Positions 1-17,500 of a stretch of DNA of 64,000 nucleotides are shown in pieces (position 1 is the stretch's first letter; every line of letters starts with the position of its first letter). The DNA is from Macrostomum lignano (taxonomy: Eukaryota). A program made the translations under genes and the position numbers. The stretch is from NCBI GenBank assembly GCA_002269645.1, contig NIVC01000052.1:496001-560000 (forward strand), in the 5' to 3' direction. The notes beneath the pieces are model-generated. The model was not told the origin of the DNA and did not search any database. It worked only from the letters and a program-made list of their open reading frames with translations.

Positions 1-830
1 ATATAGGACACCTGACCAAATGTAGGACATCTGACCAAATGTAGGACATCTGACCAAATGTAGGACACCTGACCAAATGTAGGACATCTGACCAAATGTA
101 GGACACCTGACCAAATGTAGGACATCTGACCAAATGTAGGACACCTGACCAAATGTAGGACATCTGACCAAATGTAGGACATCTGACCAATGTAGGACAC
201 CTGACCAAATGTAGGACATCTGACCAAATGTAGGACATCTGACCAAATGTAGGACATCTGACCAAATGTAGGACATATGACCAAATGTAGGACATCTGAC
301 CAAATGTAGGACATCTGGCCAAATGTAGGACATCTGACCAAATGCAGGACATATGACCAAATGTAGGACATCTGACCAAATGCAGGACATCTGACCAAAT
401 GCAGGACATCTGACCAAATGCAGGACATCTGACCAAATGTAGGACACCTGACCAAATGTAGGACATCTGACCAAATGTAGGACATCTGACCAAATGTAGG
501 ACATCTGACCAAATGTAGGACATCTGACCAAATGTAGGACATATGACCAAATGTAGGACATCTGACCAAATGTAGGACATCTGGCCAAATGTAGGACATC
601 TGACCAAATGCAGGACATATGACCAAATGTAGGACATCTGACCAAATGCAGGACATCTGACCAAATGCAGGACATCTGACCAAATGTAGGACACCTGACC
701 AAATGTAGGACATCTGACCAAATGTAGGACATCTGACCAAATGTAGGACATCTGACCAAATGTAGGACATCTGACCAAATGTAGGACATCTGACCAAATG
801 TAGGACATCTGACCAAATGTAGGACACCTA
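1..830. repeat. 19-bp minisatellite (GACATCTGACCAAATGTAG) in an AMPD intron
   Basis: Direct tandem repeat visible in the sequence. Confidence 0.95.
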
Positions 831-1340
831 CTAAATACTCAAGACACCTGACCAATTACTCAAGACACCTGACCAATTACTCAAGACACCTGACCAAATA
901 CTCAAGACACCTGACTAAATACTCAAGACACTTGACCAATTACTCAAGACACCTGACTAATTACTCAAGACACCTGACCAATTACTCAAGACACCTGACC
1001 AATTACTCAAGACACCTGACCAATTACTCAAGACACCTGACCAATTACTCAAGACACCTGACCAATTACTCAAGACACCTGACCAATTACTCAAGACACC
1101 TGACCAATTACTCAAGACACCTGACCAATTACTCAAGACACCTGACTAAATACTCAAGACACCTGACCAATTACTCAAGACACCTGACCAATTACTCAAG
1201 ACACCTGACCAATTACTCAAGACACCTGACTAAATACTCAAGACACCTGACCAATTACTCAAGACACCTGACCAATTACTCAAGACACCTGACCAATTAC
1301 TCAAGACACCTGACCAATTACTCAAGACACCTGACCAAAT
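831..1340. repeat. 21-bp minisatellite (GACACCTGACCAATTACTCAA) in an AMPD intron
   Basis: Tandem repeat; it produces the spurious (TNYSRHL)n ORF. Confidence 0.95.
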
Positions 1341-1383
1341 ATCGGCAGCCGATCGCCCAACCAAACACCCCACCATCACTCAC

Positions 1384-6009
<4,626 letters not shown>

Positions 6010-6094
6010 GAGAAAGTTTTTCCCATAGCAACTGATGCGTTTGGTATTCGCTTCGATATTGTCAGCTCTTGGGATTTAAGACGAGGGATTGGGA

Positions 6095-7660
6095 CTTGGG
6101 GAGTCTGGGATCTGGGATTCAGATGGGACTCAATAGAGTCTAGGATCTGGGATTCAGATGGGACTCAATAGAGTCTAGGATCTGGGATTCAGATGGGACT
6201 CAATAGAGTCTGGGATCTGGGATTCAGATGGGACTCAATAGAGTCTGGGATCTGGGATTCATATGGGACTCAATAGAGTCTGGGATCTGGGATTCAGATG
6301 GGACTCAATAGAGTCTAGGATCTGGGATTCAGATGGGACTCAATAGAGTCTGGGATTCATATGGGAATCAATAGAGTCTAGGATCTGGGATTCAGATGGG
6401 ACTCAATAGAGTCTAGGATCTGGGATTCAGATGGGACTCAATCGAGTCTAGGATCTTGGATTCATATGGGACACAATAGAGTCTAGGATCTGGGATTCAG
6501 ATGGGAATCAATAGAGTCTGGGATTCAGATGGGAATCAATAGAGTCTGGGATATGGGATTCAGATGGGACTCAATCGAGTCTAGGATCTGGGATTCAGAT
6601 GGGACTCAATAGAGTCTAGGATCTGGGATTCAGATGGGACTCAATAGAGTCTAGGATCTGGGATTCAGATGGGAATCAATAGAGTCTAGAATCTGGGATT
6701 CAGATGGGGCTCAATAGAGTCTAGGATCTGGGATTCATATGGGACTCAATCGAGTCTGGGATTCATATGGGAATCAATAGAGTCTGTGATTCAGATGGGA
6801 ATCAATAGAGTCTGGGATTCATATGGGAATCAATAGAGTCTAGGATCTGGGATTCAGATGGGACTCAATAGAGTCTGTGATTCAGATGGGACTCAATCGA
6901 GTCTAGGATCTGGGATTCAGATGGGACTCAATAGAGTCTAGGATCTGGGATTCAGATGGGAATCAATAGAGTCTGGGATTCATATGGGAATCAATAGAGT
7001 CTGGGATTCATATGGGAATCAATAGAGTCTAGGATCTGGGATTCAGATGGGACTCAATAGAGTCTAGGATCTGGGATTCAGATGGGAATCAATAGAGTCT
7101 AGGATCTGGGATTCAGATGGGACTCAATAGAGTCTAGGATCTGGGATTCAGATGGGAATCAATAGAGTCTAGGATCTGGGATTCATATGGGACTCAATAG
7201 AGTCTGGGATTCATATGGGAATCAATAGAGTCTGGGATTCATATGGGAATCAATAGAGTCTAGGATCTGGGATTCAGATGGGACTCAATAGAGTCTGGGA
7301 TTCATATGGGAATCAATAGAGTCTAAGATCTGGGATTCAGGGAGCACCCCAACTGCCAGCCGGAAAACTGCCAGCCGACAACTGCCAGCCGGAAAACTGC
7401 CAGCCGACAATTGCCAGCCGAGAACTGCCAGCCGACAATTGCCAGCCGAGAACTGCCAGCCGACAATTGCCAGCCGAGAAAACTGCCAGCCGGAAAACTG
7501 CCAGCCGTCAACTGCCATGGGACTCAATAGAGTCTGGGATCTGGGATTCATATGGGAATAAATAGAGTCTGGGATCTGGGATTGATATGGGAATCAATAG
7601 AGTCTGGGATCTGGGATTCATATGGGAATCAATAGAGTCTGGGATCTGGGATTCATATAG
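6095..7660. repeat. 35/27-bp minisatellite (GGGATTCAGATGGGACTCAATAGAGTCTAGGATCT) with a different ~20-bp satellite (AACTGCCAGCCGAC core) nested at ~7345-7520
   Basis: Direct tandem repeats upstream of the AMPD start codon. Confidence 0.9.
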
Positions 7661-8363
7661 TACTCGTACTTAGTGAGTCTGTAATCTGTTCTATATCCGA
7701 GACACGAAATAAACACAAGAGAAACAGTCACTAGTTATAAAAAACACGGAAACAAGCCAAAAAGTAGGCGGTGCGGTTAAAAACACAGGTGTATTATCAG
7801 AATGAAATTAAGTAGGGAAAGGTATATTATATTTTTGTATATTAAAAGCAGAAACAGATTTTTCAAATGCAATTCTAAAGGAGAAATTCTCGTCTCATGT
7901 CTGCTTTTACTCATGTCTGTCTCTGACTGAGTCGCTTTGACAAGCTCAAAATTTTACATTTGCGAGTTGGTTTAAGTTGTCAGGTAGTGGAAGCGCCTAA
8001 AAATAAAGGTTTCGAGTTAAGTTTCGAGCTCGCTAAACGCCCCTCTGATTTATTAATCTGGGATTTGTTTATTGTCACATATCTGTGAAACTAATGATAT
8101 CTGCCTACTTATTCTCTAATGTTTGAGCCTATACGTAAAATATCCGTAATTATATTAATCCACAGATGTCCTGATCTAAAATGCAACTTGCTAAATTGGC
8201 AATACAGGAAATCAAGCCAATATAAACCAGCACTGCAAAAGTGCAATAGAAGGTCGGCTCAGATAAACGCAGGTGACAAACATAAAAACAGACAGACAGA
8301 CAGACAGACACACACACACAAACACTAAGACAGACAGACACTAAGACAGACAGACAGACACTA

Positions 8364-8428
<65 letters not shown>

Positions 8429-8566
8429 AACACAGAAGTCACAGCTGATAAAAAATAAAAATTACAACAAATAAAACTAAACAGTGAAGCTACTATCAGT
8501 AGCTAGATAGACATTTCATAGTCCAAAAACCAATGATAAAAATTGGTTCAAAGCCGATCCGACTGA

Positions 8567-11500
8567 TCACCGCTGCTGCTGCTGCTGCTGCTTGGCGATG
8601 TACCGAGCCAGCAGCTCCGACCACCAGGTGCAGGCAGCGGCGGCGGCAGACTCTGACTCATCCACAACCAGGCAGCCCTGCTCAATCAGCGACTCAGCCA
8701 AGTCGACCCCGGCAGCATCGCAGAGGGCCACTCGCCAGACTTCCGCCTCGTCAGCAGCAGAGCGTCCGGTTTCAACAGTCATCAGCCTGACTGTCCATTC
8801 CCGGCCGTCGTTGGCTCCGAGAGCGGCGCAGAGAGTCTGCGAGTGCGATGCGGCGAAGGCGTCGGCGGTGCGCACGAGCGCCAGGCGGCAGGCGTGGGCG
8901 AACGGCGCCAGAGGCGGCGACTGCAGCTCGGCGGGCAGAGGCGCCAGCTCCGAAGTCGCGGTGGCTTCGTCGTTGCCGAAGTCAACGAAGCGCACGGTGA
9001 GGCTGCGACTGCCGGCCGGGTGGCGGTGCAGCAGCCGGGCCCGGTACCACTGGCCATCCTGGGAGAATCTGGCCGCGAACAGGCCGCCTGAGGCGGGCGG
9101 ATCGAAGCCGCCTGCAGGCACCGACTGCATGGCCGCCTGGGTTAGGGAGGGGGATTGGAGTGGGGGTTTATAGCGCAATGATGTAAGAGGGATTATCATA
9201 CAACCCTGGGGATTATCGTACGGGGATTATCGCATGGGGATTATCGGGTTGGGATTATCGGGTAGGGATTATCGGGTCGGGATTATCGGGTAGGGATTAT
9301 CGGTGGGGATTATCGGGTGGGGATTATAGCGTGGTGGATATTCGCGAGTGAAGATTTTCGATTGGAGGTTACTGGTTAAAGATTATCGGGTGACAAGGAT
9401 TAGAGGATGAGGGGGTGGGGATTACCAAGTGGGGATGCAGGGTAAAATTACAGAGTGGAACACTGGTTTGGTTAGATGCGAATATTGATGATAGGAATTA
9501 TGCAGGAAATTACAACTATTTGAGAATTAAAAGCATGGAAAAAGAGGGAAAGCCATTTGAGAATATGATTCGAAAAAAGTGATTTATCAGCATGTCGAGA
9601 TGGAAAAGTTAATTGCCAGAGCTAGGGGAATAATCCCAGAGGTCCCCCAGGTATCGCAATATACCTGCAGACTGGCGCTCATCTGCTCGAACTGCTCGCC
9701 GTGCCGAGTCACCTGGATGAAAAACAGGCCGTCAGGCTTGACCTCGCTGATGCCGCAGATCTCCGACTGCGGCGGCTGGTCCGAGGCGGCCGCTTACAGA
9801 TTGCATTGGAAACGCAGGGGGTGCGTGGGAGGGAATTAACGCTTTAGGTGGAACACAACCGGCGAGAGGCATAGCTGCCCGACTTCCCTGAGCAGGCACA
9901 CAAGCGCGCGGATACGTACGCAGTCATAGCACAGGCACACACTCACACAGGAGTGTACAGGGGCCCTAACTTCATTTATTGTTAGGCATGTACACTTCAC
10001 TGTGTCAATTGCACGAGCAGAGCCAAGCCGAGATTCCAATTTAGCCTCAAATTAATGTGAATGCAACTTGAATCGAGCCTGGGCCGCTGGCACATCAGAG
10101 CGCCGCGCTAGACCACTGGGCTACTCGTTTATTGAGCCCCTATTTCCTAGAAATTGAGTCCTCAGGCTGTGATTTCACTGAACTATAAAAGCAAAAATCC
10201 TTACCTGTAGCGGTTGCACCTGCGGGAGGGGAAGCCACTAAATTCGCGCCAACGTTAGCTACGTTGCTAGGCAACGCCGGTAGTCGCTGAGCGAAACGCC
10301 GTTCGACAAGCACGTCGGCTAGCGAACGGCCGTCGGGCAGCTCCAGCTGGCCAATCAGATTGCCGCCAGAGTCGGAGCCGGTCACGGACACTCGGACATC
10401 CCGCTGGAGGCACAGCTCCTTCACAAACCTGGCCGCCGCCTGCCAGCCGGGGTCGCCGCTGCCTCCGCTAAAGCCGGATTTTTGTTTCGACGACGCCGGC
10501 GGCGGCTGCGGACAGGCGACGCCGTCCAGACGAAAGCCGGCCAGAAGCGACCGGTCGGGCAGGTAAACGCGTAGGCGGCTGGCGCTGGCCACGAATTCCA
10601 CTATGGCTGCCAGGCCGGGGCCTGCGGACTGCCACATGGACATATGGGGTGGGGAGATGTGAGATATGGGGTGGGGAGATGTGAGATATGGGATATGGAG
10701 ATGTGAGATATGGGATGGGGAGATGTGAGATTTGGGATGGGGAGATGTGAGATATGGGGTGGGGAGATGTGAGATATGGGTTGGGGAGATGTGAGATATG
10801 GGATAAGGAGATGTGAGATATGGGGTGGGGAAATGTGAGATATGGGTGGGGAGATGTGAGATATGGGGTGGGGAGATGTGAGATATGGGGTGGGGAAATG
10901 TGAGATAAGGGGTGGGGAGATGTGAGATATGGGGTGGGGAGATAGAGATGAGGGAGATGGGAGTGAGAGATAGTGCGAGTTGCTGAGATTCCAGGGCTCA
11001 AAGGGAGGGCGGCGCCGTAATTATAATACTCTTATGCTAAAAGCTTGATATCAGGGGCAATGCTCTGCTTCCAGCATCTTCATCTGTAAGAAACTAATGA
11101 AAAAACTAATGGAGAACATGCGAGTCTTTTCACATGTTGCCTCGTCTGGCTTAGACTGATGAAAGAAAGAAACGCACAAGAAACTTATCCATGCGTATTA
11201 AATGCTAAGCTCTGAATGCACTCTAATGAACTCATAATGATTGGCTCATACTCTGGTGATCGCGAACTCACCACGAGCTCGGGCAGGCGCCTGGCAGCCA
11301 GCTGCCCACCCCGGCCAGCCAGATCCTGCACCCGTGGCGGCTGATGAGCCCCAGCGGCGTGAACTCCCGCTCGGCGCTGGCGAGCGTCGGCCTCGGCGGC
11401 GCGCAGAGCCGCAGGCGCTTCGCCAGCGCCAGGCGCCAAGTAGGCCAGGCCGGCGCGGAGCAGCGCCTCGGCTGGATCAGCTGATCGCGCCGGCTCGCCG

Positions 11501-14500
11501 ACAATCCGCACCGAGGCGGCGAGGCCGGCGGACTGTCCGGCCGCTTTAATTCGGGCGGCGATCCGGCGCGGCCGAGCAGGCGCAGCGCACTTCAAACAGC
11601 AGCAGCTCCCTGGCCTCCAGCAGGTGCGGACTCATCACCAAGCTGTCCCCGTTTCCGACCTCCACAACCGTGCCGTCAATCTGCTTGCCCGGCGCCAGGT
11701 GTTGAAGGCTGTCGGCACTGCTGAGGCCGGAGTTCGGCTGCCGGGACCAGAGCCAGCGGCCGTCGGCCCGGGCGGAGGCCTCGGCGCGGCACAGGCTGTC
11801 GATGACGGAGGCGGCAGCGGTGACTAGGTCGCGACCGGCTTCCGAGCAGGACGGCGGCCGCTCCTCGCGGTGCCTGTAGAAAGAAATGCGCGGTTGCTTT
11901 TGCACTACTAATAGGACCAGACGAAGTAGTATGATACAGAATTTAAAAACATTTTGCCTTTGCCAAAAGTATGAACTTTACCTTTTAGACACCTGGTCAG
12001 CAGCCATCACTCACCTAGCGAGTGATACTCAATCCCAATGACACCTGGTCAGCAGCCATCACTCACCTAGCGAGTGATACTCAATCCCAATGACACCTGG
12101 TCAGCAGCCATCACTCACCTAGCGAGTGATACTCAATCCTAATGACACCTGGTCAGCAGCCATCACTCACCTAGCGAGTGATACTCAATCCTAATGACAC
12201 CTGGTCAGCAGCCCTGCTCACCTAGCGAGTGATACTCAATCCTAATGACACCTGGTCAGCAGCCATCACTCACCTAGCGAGTGATACTCAATCCCGATGA
12301 CACCTGCTCAGCAGCCATCACTCACCTAGCGAGTGATGCTCAATCCTAATGACACCTGGTCAGCAGCCATCACTCACCTAGCGAGTGATACTCAATCCTA
12401 ATGACACCTGGTCAGCAGCCATCACTCACCTAGCGAATGATACTCAATCCCAATGACACCTGGTCAGCAGCCATCACTCACCTAGCGAGTGATACTCAAT
12501 CCCAATGACACCTGGTCAGCAGCCATCACTCACCTAGCGAGTGATACTCAATCCCAATGACACCTGGTCAGCAGCCATCACTCACCTAGCGAGACCCCGC
12601 CGCACCAGCAGCTCGGAGATGCAGCCGCTGGGATGCGGCACCCAGCCGGCCAGACGCAGCTGGCCCCCAGCGCCGCAGTCAAAGGAGGCCTCGCACACGA
12701 CCAGCCGCAGCCGCTTCTGCAGCAGGCGAGCCTCTACAAAGAAACGCGCCGCCTCGTGGCAGGGCTCGCCCGGCAACGGGGCAGCAACGCCGTAGAGACG
12801 GAACGAAGCCAGGCCTGAGGAATGCTTCCAGTCTGCAAGCTGAATGCGCCAGCTAGCGGCGTCCTCCACCTCCTCCAGCACCGCGGACAGCACCTGAGAT
12901 CGAGTGAGGATCTCATCTTTCCTATTCTGATCTCATCTTTCCTATTCTGATCTCATCTTTCCTATTCTGATCTCATATTTCCTATTCTGATCACATCTTT
13001 CCTATTCTGATCTCATCTTTCCAATTCTGATCTCATCTTTCCTATTCTGATCACATCTTTCCTATTCTGATCTCATATTTCCTATTCTGATCTCATTGTT
13101 TCTATTCTGATCTCATTGTTCCTATTCTGATCTCATCTTTCCCATTCTGATCTCATCTTTCCCATTCTGATCTCATCTTTCCTATTCTGATCTCATTTTT
13201 CCTATTCTGATCTTTTCTTTCTTATTCTGATCACATCTTTCCTATTCTAATCTCATCTTTCCTATTCTGATCTCATCTTTCCCATTCTGATCTCATCTTT
13301 CCTATTCTGATCTCATTTTTCCTATTCTGATCTTTTCTTTCTTATTCTGATCTCATCTTTCCTATTCTGATCTCATCTTTCCTATTCTGATCTCATCTTT
13401 CCAATTCTGATCTCACTGTTCCTATTCTGATCTCATATTTCCTATTCTAATCTCATCTTTCCTATTCTGATCACATCTTTCCTATTCTGATCTCATCTTT
13501 CCAATTCTGATCTCACTGTTCCTATTCTGATCTCATATTTCCTATTCTGATCTCATATTTCCTATTCTGATCTCATCTTTCCTATTCTGATCACATCTTT
13601 CCTATTCTGATCTCATATTTCCTATTCTGATCTCATCTTTCCTACTCTGATCACATCTTTCCTATTCTGATCTCATTGTTTCTATTCTGATCTCATTGTT
13701 CCTATTCTGATCTCATCTTTCCCATTCTGATCTCATCTTTCCCATTCTGATCTCATTGTTCCTATTCTGATCTCATTGTTCCTATTCTGATCTCATCTTT
13801 CCCATTCTGATCTCATCTTTCCCATTCTGATCTCATCTTTCCCATTCTGATCTCATCTTTCCTATTCTGATCTCATTTTTCCTATTCTGATCTCATCTTT
13901 CCTATTCTGATCTTTTCTTTCTTATTCTGATCTCATCTTTCCTATTCTGATCTTATCTTTCCTATTCTAATCTCATCTTTCCTATTCTGATCTCATCTTT
14001 CCCATTCTGATCTCATCTTTCCCATTCTGATCTCATCTTTCCTATTCTGATCTCATTTTTCCTATTCTGATCTCATCTTTCCTATTCTGATCTTTTCTTT
14101 CTTATTCTGATCTCATCTTTCCTATTCTGATCTTATCTTTCCTATTCTAATCTCATCTTTCCTATTCTGATCTCATCTTTCCTATTCTGATCTCATCTTT
14201 CCTATTCTGATCTCATCTTTCCCATTCTGATCTCATCTTTCCCATTCTGATCTCATCTTTCCTATTCTGATCTCATTTTTCCTATTCTGATCTCATATTT
14301 CCTATTCTGATCTTTTCTTTCTTATTCTGATCTCATCTTTCCTATTCTGATCTCATCTTTCCCATTCTGATCTCATCTTTCCCATTCTGATCTCATCTTT
14401 CCTATTCTGATCTCATTTTTCCTATTCTGATCTCATCTTTCCTATTCTGATCTCATCTTTCCTATTCTGATCTTTTCTTTCTTATTCTGATCTCATCTTT

Positions 14501-17500
14501 CCCATTCTGATCTCATCTTTCCTATTCTGATCTCATCTTTCCTATTCTGATCTCATCTTTCCTATTCTGATCTTTTCTTTCTTATTCTGATCTCATCTTT
14601 CCTATTCTAATCTCATCTTTCCTATTCTGATCTCATCTTTCCCATTCTGATCTCATCTTTCCTATTCTGATCTCATTTTTCCTATTCTGATCTCATCTTT
14701 CCTATTCTGATCTTTTCTTTCTTATTCTGATCTCATCTTTCCTATTCTGATCTTATCTTTCCTATTCTAATCTCATCTTTCTTATTCTGATCTCATCTTT
14801 CCTATTCTGATCTCATCTTTCCTATTCTGATCTCATCTTTCTTATTCTGATCTCATCTTTCCTATTCTGATCTCATATTTCCTATTCTGATCTCATCTTT
14901 CTTATTCTGATCTCATCTTTCCTATTCTGATCTCATCTTTCCTATTCTGATCTCATCTTTCTTATTCTGATCTCATCTTTCCTATTCTGATCTCATCTTT
15001 CGAGCTCTGATCTCATCTTTCCTATTCTGGTCTCATCTTTCGAGCTCTGATCTCATCTTTCTGACTCTAATCCCACCCGTGACATCACATATATCTATGC
15101 TAAACTACCCTCCCTATCTATGACCTCATTCGAACTCAATTTAAAATCCCAATTAATGTTACGCAATGCAGAGTCGAATCTCTTCTAGACTGACCTGGCC
15201 AATACCTGGTGTTGCTGCAAAACAAGCAGACGGCGAACGGCCGCTCCCGCCGCCGCCCCAGACGCCACGTTTCGCGCGACGAGCTTCGCTCTCAGGCCCG
15301 GCCAAACGATGGCAGGTGGCCAAGGCCAATCCGGCTAGCACTAGCTCCGTATTAATGCTCATCCGGCAGCCGTCCGCGTCAGACAAGTACAGAGTGCCAG
15401 CAGCGGCGGCGGCGCCGGGCCCTTCGTCGTTATCCAAAGACAGAACGGCGTCTCTAGAAACTAAACGTCGGCGTAGGTACTCGCGAGCGGCTGCGCAGGC
15501 CCAGTCAGAGTCTGGCGAGCGCAGGCCTGTCAAGTGGCAGCGCCATTCGGGTGGCAGGCAGCAGCTTTCGCGGTCCAGCCTGGCTCGAATTATCAACGAG
15601 TTGGCGGAGAGCACCTGAGTGGGGGTCGTTGGTTTGAATTTAAACTGTCGATCTCGACTATATAGACACTGTTGTCTCATTGTGTTGTAATAAAGAACTC
15701 TATTATTTTTACTAGGGCAGTATTGATTTTTTCATTTGTAGATAATTTGTAAGTGTATTCTCCTGATGTTTCTACTGTTAGTAGGCTATACAAGCAATGT
15801 AAAGAGACATTCATTTGGTATAGTTGTATTGTACATTCTAATTTATCAATCTGGCAAGATTTTCATAGAAATTTTTCTATATCTGCCAATTTTCTCTACG
15901 TTGTGTAGCACTAAAATTTCATAAATTTGTAGAGGTCTGAGATGGGACAAAAAGTTTTACACAGGATAAATATAAATTGAATGACTTGCTATTTGGAACC
16001 AAATGGATTAGTTCCTTTTTAATTAATAGATGGGTCTAAGTTAAGGCTATATTAGCCTCTTTGACTTCTTCAAAGACAAGGTATCTTTTTATATCTAAAG
16101 CTGAGTGGACTAGCCAGCTGGGTTTAATGCATATCTACTCCTAGATGGCTAGCAGCTCAAATGTGAGACTTAAAATACAAATGCAGGATTTTTTCTATAT
16201 CAATACAGACTTTTCCTACTCAATAAATAAGCAATTTTAATGTTGCAAAATTTGATGATATATATGTATTGCTTTTAAGTTGCTAGCCATCTAAGAGGAG
16301 ATACACATTAAGCCCAGCCAGCTAGTCCACTCAGCTTTAGTAGATATAAGATTTAGTATAGATAGATGCTTATAAATTTATTATTCTATGATAGCTACCT
16401 TATAAGGCACTTTGCCTATAGTAAGTATTATTAAAGTAGCCATTTTATACTTGTTTGGTTAGAAAAATAAATAATAAATGTAAAAGAAAATAAACATATA
16501 TAATATAATATTTTTAATTGCTAGATATTTACAAATTCTTATTAAAATAACCTTATATCAAGGGTATAAGGAGAGGGGATTGGGGGATATAATCCCCTAA
16601 CAAAAGCCAAAAAAATTTTTGAAGTTTGTTTTTCTCCTTACAAGCATCTTATCCCCCAACCAAAAAAATTCCATTTCAAGATGTGGCCTATGCTCACTCC
16701 CCTAAAGAAAATTTCTGGCTATATGCCTGCCTTACATGTACAACACCTAGCCAACCTGACCAATCTAGCTAGATAGAGGCTATTACAAAATTGACCTTTT
16801 CCAAAAAACAATAAATTAAAAAGGAAAATAAGAGCAAAGCAAAAGAGAAGATGAAAGAGAACAGAAAGAAATAACAAACTGAAAAAAACAATAAAAACTA
16901 CAATTAGACTACTAAAGCTAACTAAGTTGCATTTTTGTTAAAACTAACTTTCTTAGCTAGTTTTAATTAGGGAGATTGTATTGTATATATATATATATAT
17001 TTATTAATGATAATAATATATTTTAAAACTTTAACATAATAAATAAAATGTTTGTTGTTGATAGGGCACCATTTTTGATATTTTTCATTTTGAAATTCAT
17101 TATCATTAGATATGATTTATATTGAAATATAATCTATTATAATATTTTTATCTTATTTACTTGAATAAACTAAACTACAAACATAGCCATTCAGGTATTA
17201 TATTATAGATAAATTATTTAAACAAATCTTACTGTCTTTTAATTCTTATTGCAATCTATCAATTGGTTAAAACTTAACAAAAAAATCTTGCTCCATTTTT
17301 ATGTCATTAGGCTAGGCCTAACTTCTATTTATAAACTTTTCTTATATCAACTTATTGTAATTGTGACAAATAAGGTGGAAAGATGGTTTGTATAGCAGTT
17401 AATTGGATAGTTCACAATTTAGACTTAGCAGATCAGCAAGCAGCTTTCACCCTTTAGTGTTACTTTGAATCATTATGCCTTGCAAAGATTGGGATTCAGT

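Noticed and set aside
6095-7660. 35-bp repeat with an internal palindrome resembling a CRISPR repeat
   Set aside because: The units are head-to-tail with no unique spacers, there are no cas genes and the context is eukaryotic. The same applies to the 52-, 57- and 61-bp arrays.
8592-9173. Antisense ORFs over GC-rich exons (also over AMPD, the LINE and the TPR gene)
   Set aside because: They are shadows of GC-rich coding sequence on the opposite strand.
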